A DNA stretch of 57,959 bases, filler included, from Platydemus manokwari (lineage: Eukaryota): NCBI GenBank assembly GCA_037951405.1. It is 6 parts of 6 records of this genome, joined end to end, with 100 filler letters (N's around TTAATTAATTAA, not from the genome) between each part and the next. Parts side by side here need not be neighbours in the genome. Positions count along the whole stretch, not along the records: positions 9,112 to 18,047 come from JBBMOY011326539.1; positions 18,148 to 28,767 come from JBBMOY011119107.1; 4 more parts are not named here. The stretch is one strand, 5' to 3'. Under the pieces are notes generated by a model, which did not search any database, had not been told where the DNA came from, and was given only the letters and a program-made list of their open reading frames with translations. The position numbers were made by a program, and so were the translations under genes. Positions 13,531 to 25,432 of this stretch are shown here, piece after piece (positions within the stretch are counted from its first letter, which is position 1; each line of letters begins with the position of its first letter).

Positions 13531-14221
13531 TAAATTTCTTGCTTGATTAGTTAACGGATATGCTTTGTCACTATTAATACGGTTAAGTGAGTCGATATAA
13601 TTTCACCTTGTCAGCATGGCGATTAATTTGATATAAATTAATGTTTTAAATTGATTTTCAAATGTATTGAATAATTTCGTAATATTAATCTTTATATAAA
13701 TATCATCATCGGTATGGAGCTCTTATATAGACGAAAATATTATTGTAATTCAAAGATGTCAATAAACAGTTTATTCTAATTTGTACGATTTAATGTAACA
13801 AAATATTATCAATACATTCAATATAAAAACAAGATTGCACATTTTCATCAATTTTACTGTTGTAGCTACTTCACATTTCTCCGTCGAATAAATATATATC
13901 TAAAGTTATTTATGTTTATAAATATTTTAACAAATAATTCTTTATGGTAATTTTGTGGGTCCAGATTGTAACATTTTATTCATAATTTTACTTGGAAGAA
14001 TTCATAAAATTGGAACCAAATTTTGACAAAATATTCTTGTGGTTTCGAAAATTAAACAATATATACGGCAATTATTGTTGTCATGGAAATAAAAACTTGA
14101 TCTCGTCACCTAGGATACCAAATATCATAGAATCATTTAAACAAGCATTATCCAATCAAAATCAATAAATCAATCTCAACAATCAATAGTAAGAAGAAAA
14201 TGAATTAATATATTTAACATA

Positions 14222-15613
14222 TCAATTCTTTCGTATCGTGGAAAACTCTAACGAACTCCAAGTAAATGATTTCTTTTTCCTTAAAATGATTTCGATCTTT
14301 GTTGGTGATGCTTTTACAGTGCTCATGAGAGGGTCAATTTGCTGGAAAATGATCGAATGATCAGTGATCACTAAATATATTCAACAAGACCGAATTACCT
14401 CAAACAAGTCGAATATCCTTTCAAATTTCGACATTCCGCAATCGAATGAAAATGATATTGATAATTTCACAGCATTTGCTCTTATGACGATTGTTTCAGG
14501 AAGCGTGAGTTTGGCATAGAAACTTATTGTAACACTGGAACCAGCTTGAAACCAATCATAACGACAATCAGTTTGGATAAGATCTTTCACCCATAAATGT
14601 TGACCTGACGTGCAACCCTCTTGGGCCATAAATGACTCCCATTCGGTTGTTTTCCGTTGACAACAGGTCCAAAACTTTAATCTGATCAATTTTAATAAAA
14701 ACCTTTTAAGAACAAATTATAATTAATCACCCTTCATGGAAAATTGCTTCACCATTATGGTACAAACAAACCTCTTTATTGACATCAGAGTTTGTGTAGG
14801 TCTAACAGTGTAAACATTCAAAAAGATATCAAAAATTTAAATACACAATTTATTTACAATTAAATATAAAATCAAACAATAAATTATTAGAAAATTGAGA
14901 TTAGATAAATTTAAATACATTAATTAAAAAATAACTTCAAAATAATTGACATTAATGAAAATTTTTACTTTTTTGCATCCGTTGTTTTTGCAAGACGTAC
15001 CAACGGGAACCACGTTACCATTAAGTTCACCTATATTTATTAAATTATTTCTTTAAAAATTATCACTATTAAATCATTAACTTGACTCTTTTTCTTTAGC
15101 AATTTGTTCTTTACGTTTATTAATATCGACTTCTAAACTAGGCATTACTTGCAAAGACAAGCTAAACATTTCACCGTCTCCAGAAGGTCTTTGGGGAGCT
15201 TCAACAATCGGATTAACAACAACAACCTTAAAACAGAAAATGAGTTTAATAAAAAATATAGTAGAGAATTACAGGTGTGTCGTATTTAGGATCTATCTTT
15301 GGTTTCTCGGGTTCAGCAGGTTTATTCGGATTATGATAGCCAACTTGACAACCCTATTAGAAAATCCAATAAAATATTTTATGCAGAGAACATAATCACC
15401 GGTGTGTTTAAACAGGTGGAAAAATCAGTCGAAAACTTTTTACAACAATCCCAACCTTTTTTACCATCATGAAACACTGGGGGTTTCAAATGATATATAC
15501 ATGATTCTAATAACGGAAACGATTTCAATAAGAAATTTTATAAATTTGAATATACTTTCAGAGTTTTCATTTGGTTCAAATTTTTTTGAACATCCAACAT
15601 TATAGCAATACAT
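14222..15613 (-). CDS. CHORDC1: CHORD-containing protein 1 (CHP-1/Morgana; CHORD-CHORD-CS Hsp90 co-chaperone), 8 exons, about 308 aa
   Basis: Exons 15613-15556, 15506-15400, 15353-15273, 15226-15082, 15030-14969, 14801-14731, 14681-14399, 14341-14222, all GT-AG and in phase. MYCYNVGCSKKF...CIYHLKPPVFHDGKKGWDCC...GCQVGYH (CHORD1); CKNNGC...[20 protein letters not shown]...GCTSGQH (CHORD2); CRYDWFQ...KIEIILRK...WSSL (CS). Confidence 0.95.
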
Positions 15614-18047
15614 ATTCTAAATTTCAAATTCCAGAATTCTAATTGACTAAAACAAATGAAAAGATATTAATAATTTTAAACAATCTAAGGACAAAATTTT
15701 ATAATTATTAAAATTCTAATTATTTAAATATAAAGAAAAGATTTTGTATAATTTAATTAAATATTTTCTAAATATATAATTTTTGAATATAATTTTTATA
15801 ATATATATATGAAACATTACATTGTGAGAAACATTCCGACAAAAGAAAGTATTTTGGAAGTTAAATTTGTAATTTTGTAATTTGTTGATTACCTTCCTGA
15901 TTTATCCGCAAAAAATATTTAATTATATTTTATCTAAATCTTATTTTTAAAAAATTCAAAAATTTCTTCAGCCAGTATATTTTGAATAGTTTTCGTTTTT
16001 GTCAAAATAAAATTAATAAATAAAATCTATGTAGAAAGAAAATAAATTAAGTAAAAGTATTCATAAAGTGAAATAAAAATAAATTGGTGAAATTAACAAA
16101 TTTATTTTATTAATAAAGAAGGCGGATTTATTATGAATAATCAAATTAAAATAAATAAAATTACCAAAGCAGAAAAAGAAAATGATTTTATAAATCAATA
16201 AGGAAAAAAGAAAATAATAAAACCAATTATTCATAATCCACATCAGAAAATAGATTGAAAGCATAAGGAAAAATCATCAAATCTATTTAAAAAATTTTGA
16301 ACAAGAGGAATTTCAAAGCACGAATTTAAATTACAATATTCAGGTAAAACATAAGAATTATTGATAAAAAGTACAAAATCGTGTTTCAACAAAATAAATG
16401 AGGATATTTATCTTAAATTATATTATATATTCGAATCTTACCTCGTTGATGCGAATTCTAACGTGTTTGCTTAAAATATATTGATGTGTGTGGTGCATTG
16501 ACTTGCCTGTTTGAGATTTCCCAAGGAAACGATCAATTTGAGTATAATATTTAAATTTTGTGAAAGGGCATTATAGTAGTCAACTCTGTATAATTATATT
16601 ATTTAAAAAGTTGAATATTATTTCATTCTTTTTGTTTTGAATTGAAATTAAAAGGATTATATCTTATATTACATTGCCCTGTTGGATTCAATCAACAGTG
16701 ACAGACTCACATCAGTAATAGGCATATAAGGTATAACCACAACATGCGCCAATCAACTGAAGCAAATCTAAATATTTTTCCATCGCTTCTATTTATTCCT
16801 AAATTTTCTTATTGATTTCATGTATCGTGATTTTATTATTTAAGAAAAAATTATAACAAATTTGCTTTGGTTATTCATTTAAAGTAAAATTACTTAGAAT
16901 GCAATGCCGTAAATGGTAATCGTATTTATGTGTAAGAGATGTAGAGAATCATTTACAAATAAAGTATTTGTCCAGTTGATCAAATATTGGTAGGTAACAG
17001 GTTTTGATTTTAATTGTGGATTTGGACTTGAAGTCTGCTATTCTCGTCATAAATCGACTCATTTATATTCACTTTATATTTTTATTTAACTATTTTCAGT
17101 CAACTTCTGGTTGACAATTTTTTTCGTTATTTGCAAATATCTAATATCTCTTGATCTTCATAAATCAGCAATCTTTCTTTTGCCTACGTCTGGCGGTTTT
17201 GTACACAATGACATAATACAACCATCAACACTCAATGTATGATCGTGAATTTATTGTTCATAGATCTTCATTTAGTTTGGTAATGACGGCTTGTTGAACT
17301 CAGAAAATAAATATTTTTTCAAAAACATTAATAATCGAGATACTCATATATTGAGAAATGGAATCTGCATTGTTCTTTGCTTCGATAGTTCCATGAATCA
17401 CAGTTCGCTAGTTCAATCATACAATCAATTCAACGTTTCAATCAATTTTGTCTCCTCCTTCCAATCTTTGTTGTCTAGGATGTCTTCTTATATTTCGAAC
17501 CCTGCTTTTGTTGTTGTCCTTCTGTTGTGTGAAACTTCAATTTTAGATAGCTAGCATTTATTTTCGACTTTATGCAATCAAGAGCTATGTCACTTATCAT
17601 TTTCTCATACATTTCCAGTTTCTTTACAACTGTGTTGTTGACCTGTATTGCCACGTTCCGAAAACCCCTGCAACAAAAGTGAATAATTTCTCAGTCCAGT
17701 ATTACCAGTTGGTTTTTATCGCATTTCTGAGAGGTCATAGTATTTTTAGAATTTTTTTCTTGCTGTTTTTTAATTAAGGTTCGACCAAAAGACATATATA
17801 AGGACCATGGTATATTTTCTGTCATTTATTAGTTGATATTCCTTTAGTTTGGATTCCTTGAATCGGTATTCTTACTCCACAAATAGTCAGTAATCTGTGT
17901 TGCTAATAATTTTCTTGATCAATATATCCATTAATCTACCTTGGAAGGTTGCTTGCCCGGAGGTTATGAACAAATACCAGGTTGAGTCAAAAGTTATTCA
18001 TGTTTTTATGCAGGTATTTTATTAACACAAATTGTTATAACGCTGAA

Positions 18048-18147
18048 NNNNNNNNNNNNNNNNNNNNNNNNNNNNNNNNNNNNNNNNNNNNTTAATTAAT
18101 TAANNNNNNNNNNNNNNNNNNNNNNNNNNNNNNNNNNNNNNNNNNNN
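18048..18147. other. Artificial contig linker
   Basis: 44N-TTAATTAATTAA-44N. Confidence 0.97.
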
Positions 18148-19021
18148 TCAATGTTTTATTATATTTCAAAATTACACCGTTAGTTTTTTCTAATATTTAA
18201 ACAAATCTCATTTTTTATCTAACTGTTATAACTGATTTTCATTTTTATAATTTCTGGTATGCTTTACTTACCCTGATTCCAGCATTTTTCTTTGTTTCAA
18301 CAATGTTTTATTTACTTACCCAGTAAAATTATGCGTTAATTAATTTACTCTAGTTTTGTATATATTTTTGTATTTATGATTTTCGCAGATTAATTGAAAC
18401 TGTATGAATCCGATCTCCTACCGTATTTTGACATAGAAATTGATACTTATTTCTGAATGAATGATTTGTTGTATACAAGGTACTGGACAATATATATTAT
18501 CGAGAGAAATGTTTTCCAAATTATTCAATTCAGTATTTCAGGTGAATGAACAAAAAAACCTAACTTTTTCCAAATATCCTTTTAAAAGCATTTTAAACAC
18601 ATATTTAGTATAAATACCATCTATTCATAAAATAATACTTTGTTTGTTTCAACTAATACAATTAATATTATACACAAATTTTTTAATTAAATATTCATCT
18701 TCAAAAAACAGTTATTGTTAAATTTAAAGAAATATAATCAATTTTCAACTTGCATGGTGTTGCTAAATATCATAAAAACTTTTGTATTATATAAAACTTA
18801 AAATACATGGGAGATGTCATATGAGCACTTAACAAATAATTAACAATAAAAGATTAAATAGATATTATTTAATTAAAGATATAATAAAGTTATTTATTTC
18901 AAAATTTATTATATAAATTATATTTCACGAATCTTTAGAATCATTGGTGTTCCAATAAGGTAAATGTAGGATTAAATAAAGATTCTAGAATATCTTTAAG
19001 CAATATATTTCATTACAAGCT

Positions 19022-20532
19022 TTACAACAAATATTTTCTTATATCAAAACTCAAGCTTTTCGATATATCTAAAATATAATCCAATGAAGCGATACACATA
19101 AATTTTCCAGTTTTCAATGAATTTTGATTCGATTTCATAGAGAGAAAAAGTCTTGCACCAACAAGACTATCAACAAGCCTTGTCATAGACCAATAATTAT
19201 CCTGAACTGATATTTCGGTGATACAAGAATAAACCGCAAATAAACGATCCAACGTGAACGGTTTAGGAGATAAATTATTTTTCTTAAATAAAAGTTTTAA
19301 AACCAAATTGTCAATAAATTTTACTTGTTCGTGATTTTTCTTATTAAACGACACCTTGCCCACGTTCTAGTAACATATAATGTACAACTTAAAAATATAA
19401 ATAAAGAACCTGCATAAAAAGTGCTTTATCTGAGGCCTTATTATTATAAGTAACAATAAAACCAGCTATCAGTAAATATCTACTATTATAAGGTAAAGGA
19501 AAATATCTTGAATGAGATTTATTTATTTTATCAGGATCTTCCTTTTCCAACGACCGTGTATATAAACAGGATATAGCGCATTTAATCAAAGGCTTTAAAA
19601 CAATAATCAATTCCCAATCATCGTATACACGATTTTTCTCTAAACTGCTTTGAAACTTATTCCAATATGTCTATAAAATACAATACATTATTGCGCTACT
19701 TTCAAACATTAATACCTGAATGATATATGATAATTCCGATACATTTCTGGAGAGAGTAATAAGAGTTTTAACCATATGTTGTATATAAAAACGATAATTT
19801 GCGTTATCAACATCATTAATTTGACCTAAAAGTTTTTGAGTTATTTCAGACTCACTAAAAGATGGTATGTATACAGAATATAACTAAATAATTTATAAAA
19901 TAATTAAAATCAAAATAAATATACCTCAGAATTTGGATAATCTCCAAATAATTTGCTTGGGCATAAAGTACAAATGAAAACTGAGATTAGGTTTACATGA
20001 TTATTAATTATATGGAGGTAATTGCTTATATTTGCTAAAACATTCAAATTCGAAATCGGTATATTTACCAATTTCTCAAAATTATCGAAAATAATATATA
20101 TTGTTTTCCATTCTAAAATAAATATAACAAATAAACTAAAAACTAACAATTACTATTTAGGGTAATAACTTTATTTAATTTCGTTAAAAATTCTTCAACA
20201 TGCTTAGCACAAATTTTCTCATTCATTTCACTACTTTGTAATTTAAATAAAATTTCATCATATAATGATTTTAAATCGCTATCCAAAGGTGCTGATTCAT
20301 TACAATTGATATTCAAAATTTTAATATCACTTTTATTAAAACTATCTAAATATTTTTTAAAATAATCGAATAAATAAGATTTTCTCCAATTTCTTTCTCC
20401 GTGTATATATAATCTTTTAATTAAAGGATTTACCTATGACGAAAAATTTTATATATAATATCAAATTAAATATACTGGACTAATCAGTTTTAATACAAAT
20501 TCAAATTCTTCATTTCTAAATAAATTAATCAT
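19022..20532 (-). CDS. ORC5: Origin recognition complex subunit 5, 6 exons, about 432 aa
   Basis: Exons 20532-20476, 20433-20154, 20112-19925, 19883-19716, 19670-19410, 19366-19022 in phase. AAA+ layout (FRNEE; LYIHGERNWRKS P-loop position; INC; YIIFDNFEKL Walker B) and ORC5 C-terminal motifs LPYNSRYLLIAGFIVTYN...DKALF and PKPFTLDRLFAVY. Confidence 0.9.
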
Positions 20533-21710
20533 TTTAGAAGTTTAATAGCCTAAGCTTTATAATTATATAATCTTCAATTATATAAACAATTTAGTTTATC
20601 ATAATAATTAATTTGCTTGCAAATAATTATGATTAAATAAAAATCATATTTAATTTAAATAAAAATTGCTTCTTAAAGAAGTATTATTTAGCAATTTGGA
20701 TTGATTACGCCCATAATTTCAGCATGTTTAGAAGAAATAATTAAATAATTTTCTTAAATTCAAAGTGAGAAGCCAGCTTTATAAAGATGTTAAAGATTTA
20801 AATATCAGTTTATTTTAACAAAAATATAATTTCCGTTTGAAGTATCAATTAACTTCAATTAATAAATCAAGTAATACACTGAACCAAATTAAGAATATCC
20901 TTGAAATCGATAATAATGAAAATTGTAACTGTTTCAATTAATCCATCATCATTAAAGAAAAAAATGTAAATTTTTACTTATTTTATGCAACCATAATATG
21001 AAGAATTCCTTGCACCGAATAATATGAAAACCGTTATAGGACATTTCCCGATTAAACTGTTTAGTTAGCAATAATTCTAAAAATTAGAGCATTATGTTCG
21101 GATTTCGTAGGGTTCAAGATCTAAGTAGCTATAATTATAAAAAATTGGAAGGTTTTAGGTTGTGTTGATAGTAATAGAAATCAAGATAAATCGAATGGGT
21201 ACTGAATAATAATCTGATTACCAAATTTACACAATGATCTTAGATGAACTGCTGTTGTAAAAGTTACAATTCTCAAAGGTATTTTAGAAATTTAGAGTGT
21301 GTTCTTATATGTTCGAATAATACAAAAATATAGTGCGAGAGAAATATTTTGAAGATTCTAATGATTTCACTGACATAAACACAATGAAATTGAAAAAACT
21401 TTGTCAAATTTAAAACAGTAATTACCAGTTTACATAATAGATCGGATAAAAGCTTGTAAAAAATATAAAGGTTTTTCTAAAAATTGCCTTTAAAAATTTT
21501 GATTATATTATATTTTGATGTCATCTAACAATATTCTTATAAAGCTGCTGCAACACTTGTAAATAAAATAATAATCAATTATATGGTTACTCTAAGTGTT
21601 GATTCAAGTATCGATTTAGTTTTTTTTGTTCTTCTCTTTAATAACAACGTGTTTTAAAATTCCAGTATCATGAAAAATATCATTACCTTGATGAAATGGT
21701 AAATTAAATG

Positions 21711-22826
21711 CTACTTCTTAATTTTCATACACTGCATCAGTTTTGTGTAAATTGACTCATTCATATTCCGCACTTTCCTTAATAGTTCTTTGCTCATAAT
21801 GAAACTAACATTGATTTTATTTGTTTTTTCAGTAGTACAGCCGTAATTCAACAAATATTCATCATCATCATACAGACCACAAAATAATAACTGTTTCATT
21901 TCTCAATTTTCTTGAAATCTTTCTTCTATTTTTTAACCCTTATACACTTATGCTTTTAAAGTTGTCTGATTAAAATCCCAATTCCATCCAACTGATCTCA
22001 AATTGAGGTAGATTAAAACTTTCCTTTTTATACATTTTTCCATAAAACGTAAAAATACTTCGAAAAGTAGAATAAATAGCTCAACATCGTTCTATATACG
22101 GTACTTACAAATTTATTAACTTACTCGTATTTCGAAACATTGATATATTTCCTTTGATAATTTCCAAATTTTTCACTATTTTACTAAAATCCAATGGCTC
22201 TTTCTTAAAAAGTGTACTAACATGTGCTATTATTTCGGTGGAATTTCTACATTCCCACATGCATCGTTTTTTCTTTTTCATAGAAACATCGTTTTCTGGC
22301 ACAATGCCATAAATCATCACGTAGTCGTTAAAACCTCCTAAAATCCGACTTCTAATATCTCGAACTCTAGAAAAAATTTGACACTACTTTAATCAATTAT
22401 TCTTTCCAATTTTCAACAAAAATCTCAAAATCTTTTCCTTTATAAATAACTGCTATAAAATATAATATTTCTGTAATGACCTTCATGAATCCCGAAATAA
22501 TTGTTCTACTCCTCAAAAGCTATAACGGCATAACTGAACATAATTCATTTTTATTTCCACATAAATTTAAAATGTTAAGACTATCCGTAGTCGCATGCCA
22601 AACTGCATTAGGAAGTTCTTTAAAATGCGTAATAAAAGTCTCCAATTTTATTCTGGAATGTTTCGATATTTTAATACTCTCATCATCGTCAATTTTCTTA
22701 CAACTACTACAACTATCTTCATTTTTCCATCTCAACAATTTATTTAGTTCAATCATTAAATTATCCCCTTCTTCACTCCCTATTCTTTCGATTCATCGTT
22801 CTATTTTATCTTTCATAATCAATATT
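21711..22826 (-). pseudogene. Decayed intronless coding sequence of unknown family (possible large-transposon or endogenous-virus remnant)
   Basis: Chain of same-strand protein-like ORFs (22756-22520, 22320-22105, 21899-21711) joined through single stops or frameshifts (e.g. KDKIER*IERIGSEEGDNLMIELNK). No splice pattern and no recognised motif. Confidence 0.4.
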
Positions 22827-23036
22827 TCTGATTCCCATTGAGATTGACATTAAAATTGCATGAAATTGAATATGGGTTGATCGTCTTGAAAATTTACATT
22901 ATTTTTTGTAGAAAATTGACGAAAGTTATTCGTGTTTAGTGGACTTAATCTGGTGAAATGCCAGAAATTACCACAGGAAAAATATTGATGTGGTCTTTAG
23001 TGTTAACACTGTCTCGTAGCAGAGATTTTGACAAGA

Positions 23037-23860
23037 TTATTGTTTAAAAATCCATCGAAAGATGACCAATGTCACCGCATATGAAGCATGATTTACTATC
23101 CGGAGTTGATGAATATTTTCGTTTAAGAATTGGGGAAGTGAAAGTACTTCGAGATATTGAAAGATATTAGATAGCAAATGCGAATTTCCACTGGTTTGCA
23201 TAGTGTCTAATTCATAGTGACCACTTGTTACTTTAAGTGTCATTAACTGAAGATTTACTTAATTTGATGAATACTCATGTGGATTTCAACTTAATATTGT
23301 CGGTAGATTTTGTGAGTGGTGACCTTTCGATTTTACCCAGTTTCTATATCAATTTCTTTATGATACGCAATCGATTGACTAGTTATTGATATGGAATTCA
23401 TTTCCTACCTCATTTCCTGCCTTTTATGAGCTCACTGTAGTTGGCTAGATTGACTACTGTACTAATATAGTGATGAACTTCTTTTAAAAATTGATCCTCG
23501 ACCACTTTTCGGGTTTAAGCTGGTCATTCTGCTTTCTGTTCAAATGCTTTTTCTGCTAGAGTTGAAAAGTGGTACGCAAAAATTCCAACTGTTTAAACGG
23601 CTTTCTGAGATTTAGAGAAACTTTTTGACAAATGATACGGCCTTTGCTCATTAATTTCTTTGATAGAGCATCTTTTATGGCCGTCAACTGGTTGATATTT
23701 CTTTAGTTGATTTGATTGTAGACTTCTCTTGTTGCAACTTTTAAGTAGAGATGCAGTTGTTGGATCATTGTTCTTTCGGTTCATCTGCATGCATAGTTAT
23801 ACATGAAATAGTCTGTCATGGAGTCAACTAACTCCACCGGATCTTCCCCATACTGCTCGA
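23037..23860 (-). mobile_element. Possible degenerate Ty3/Gypsy gag-protease remnant
   Basis: GC-richer stretch; TVGIFAYHFSTLAEKAF resembles a retrotransposon gag helix, followed by TLKVTSGHYELDT resembling the aspartic protease LDTG site. Heavily decayed. Confidence 0.35.
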
Positions 23861-25432
23861 TTGGTAATTTCGATATAATAAAATTTGTGATAAAAATAAT
23901 AAGCAAAAATATAAAATAATAAAATAAGATACAGAAAATGTGGGAATGTAATTAATAAAATTAATCAAGCCAAATTCATAAATAAAAAATAGTACTTATA
24001 ATAGTAGAAATACGATTATTCATAATCTGCAGAAGATATTATAAAAGCAGAGAGAAAAATCAGAAAATCGCTTACAAAAACAAATATAATTTTGATGGTA
24101 ATAAAGAGAACTTCGGAAAACTAGTAAAGAGATTCATAAGAGAGAAATATTTGAAATATTTATTTAAAAACATATATCTAAGTTTTATATAATATTATTG
24201 TATAATTAAAAACGATTTCAAACGTGAAATATTATTTTAGTCATTATAATTTTCGATTATATGAAGAAACAGATTATCATTTATATTAAATAGCCATGTT
24301 AGATTGACATTGCAAATCAATCATGGAAGATTGCACATTTTTTATAAATTTTAGATACATAATTTCAAAAGTTGTAAAATTGCTTATTACACTGTAAAGC
24401 ATCAAATTATACAATTTGAAACCAAGAAATATATAATATTTAGGGATTTGGGTTAGGAAAAATATAAATTGTTTATTATTACAGTTTTACTCTATTCTTC
24501 TTGCTCATCGAGATCAGCAACCCACTGTTATCTGAATTCTCTGGTTCAACCACCCCGTTTCAAATAATTTTTTCCCTAATTTGATTGATATACAATTTTG
24601 GATACGATTTTCTGGTTTTAATTACACAACGAAAGTGTCCATTCGAAAACCGGTTGTTTTGTTTCATCCAATCAGTCAATATCTCTCCATATTGAAAAAG
24701 GTCTTTATTGCCTTTTAGTACATCGAATTCTCCCTTTAAATATTTTATCACAACAAATGCAAAGTTATCCACAGAACTTCAGCACGACAAACATTCACCA
24801 GCATATACATATGCGTTTTTACATTAGAGTCAATATCATAATATAAAAAATCTTATATGCTTAACATTTAGAATTATACTCATTAAATAATGCATGTTTT
24901 ATTATCAAAATCTTGTCAAATTGATTATCAAATTAATTAATATTAAAACTTATACTACTCGCTGCAGTTACTCAGAAACTCATTTTTCCCATATTTATTT
25001 TAATCAGCAGTCCATATAAGAAATCAGTATTTTAATGTTTCTTTTTAATCTGTTCATATTTATTTAAAAATAATTTATTTTCAAATTTTAAATGCCTACA
25101 TATAAATGTATATAACATGACTATAGCATAATTTTAAAATATTCAAGGTGCTTTTTAAATATTTCGAAATGGAATATTGGAATATTGAAACGATCACCTA
25201 ATAAAAATTATAAATAATATTTTAACTTCATTAACTCTGTTAATCAATTAAGGTATTTTGTTTATATTTTTGTTTTTGCTTTCTTTCGATAATCGTAAAT
25301 ATTTATTTATTTAAATTTAACATTATCCAAAATTTCGATGAAGTAAAGTTTTAAAAGCAGATTTACTGTTAAGTTAGCTTCTTTCATTTATTTAAGTTGA
25401 AATTTTTTTATTGAATAAATGATATGTGAATT

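Noticed and set aside
17560-18047. Gypsy integrase C-terminus (KIYHGPY on minus strand)
   Set aside because: Only one short motif amid many stops; insufficient to call.
22476-22841. 121-aa plus-strand ORF
   Set aside because: Ser/Leu/Ile-rich antisense shadow of the minus-strand Lys/Glu-rich decayed frame.
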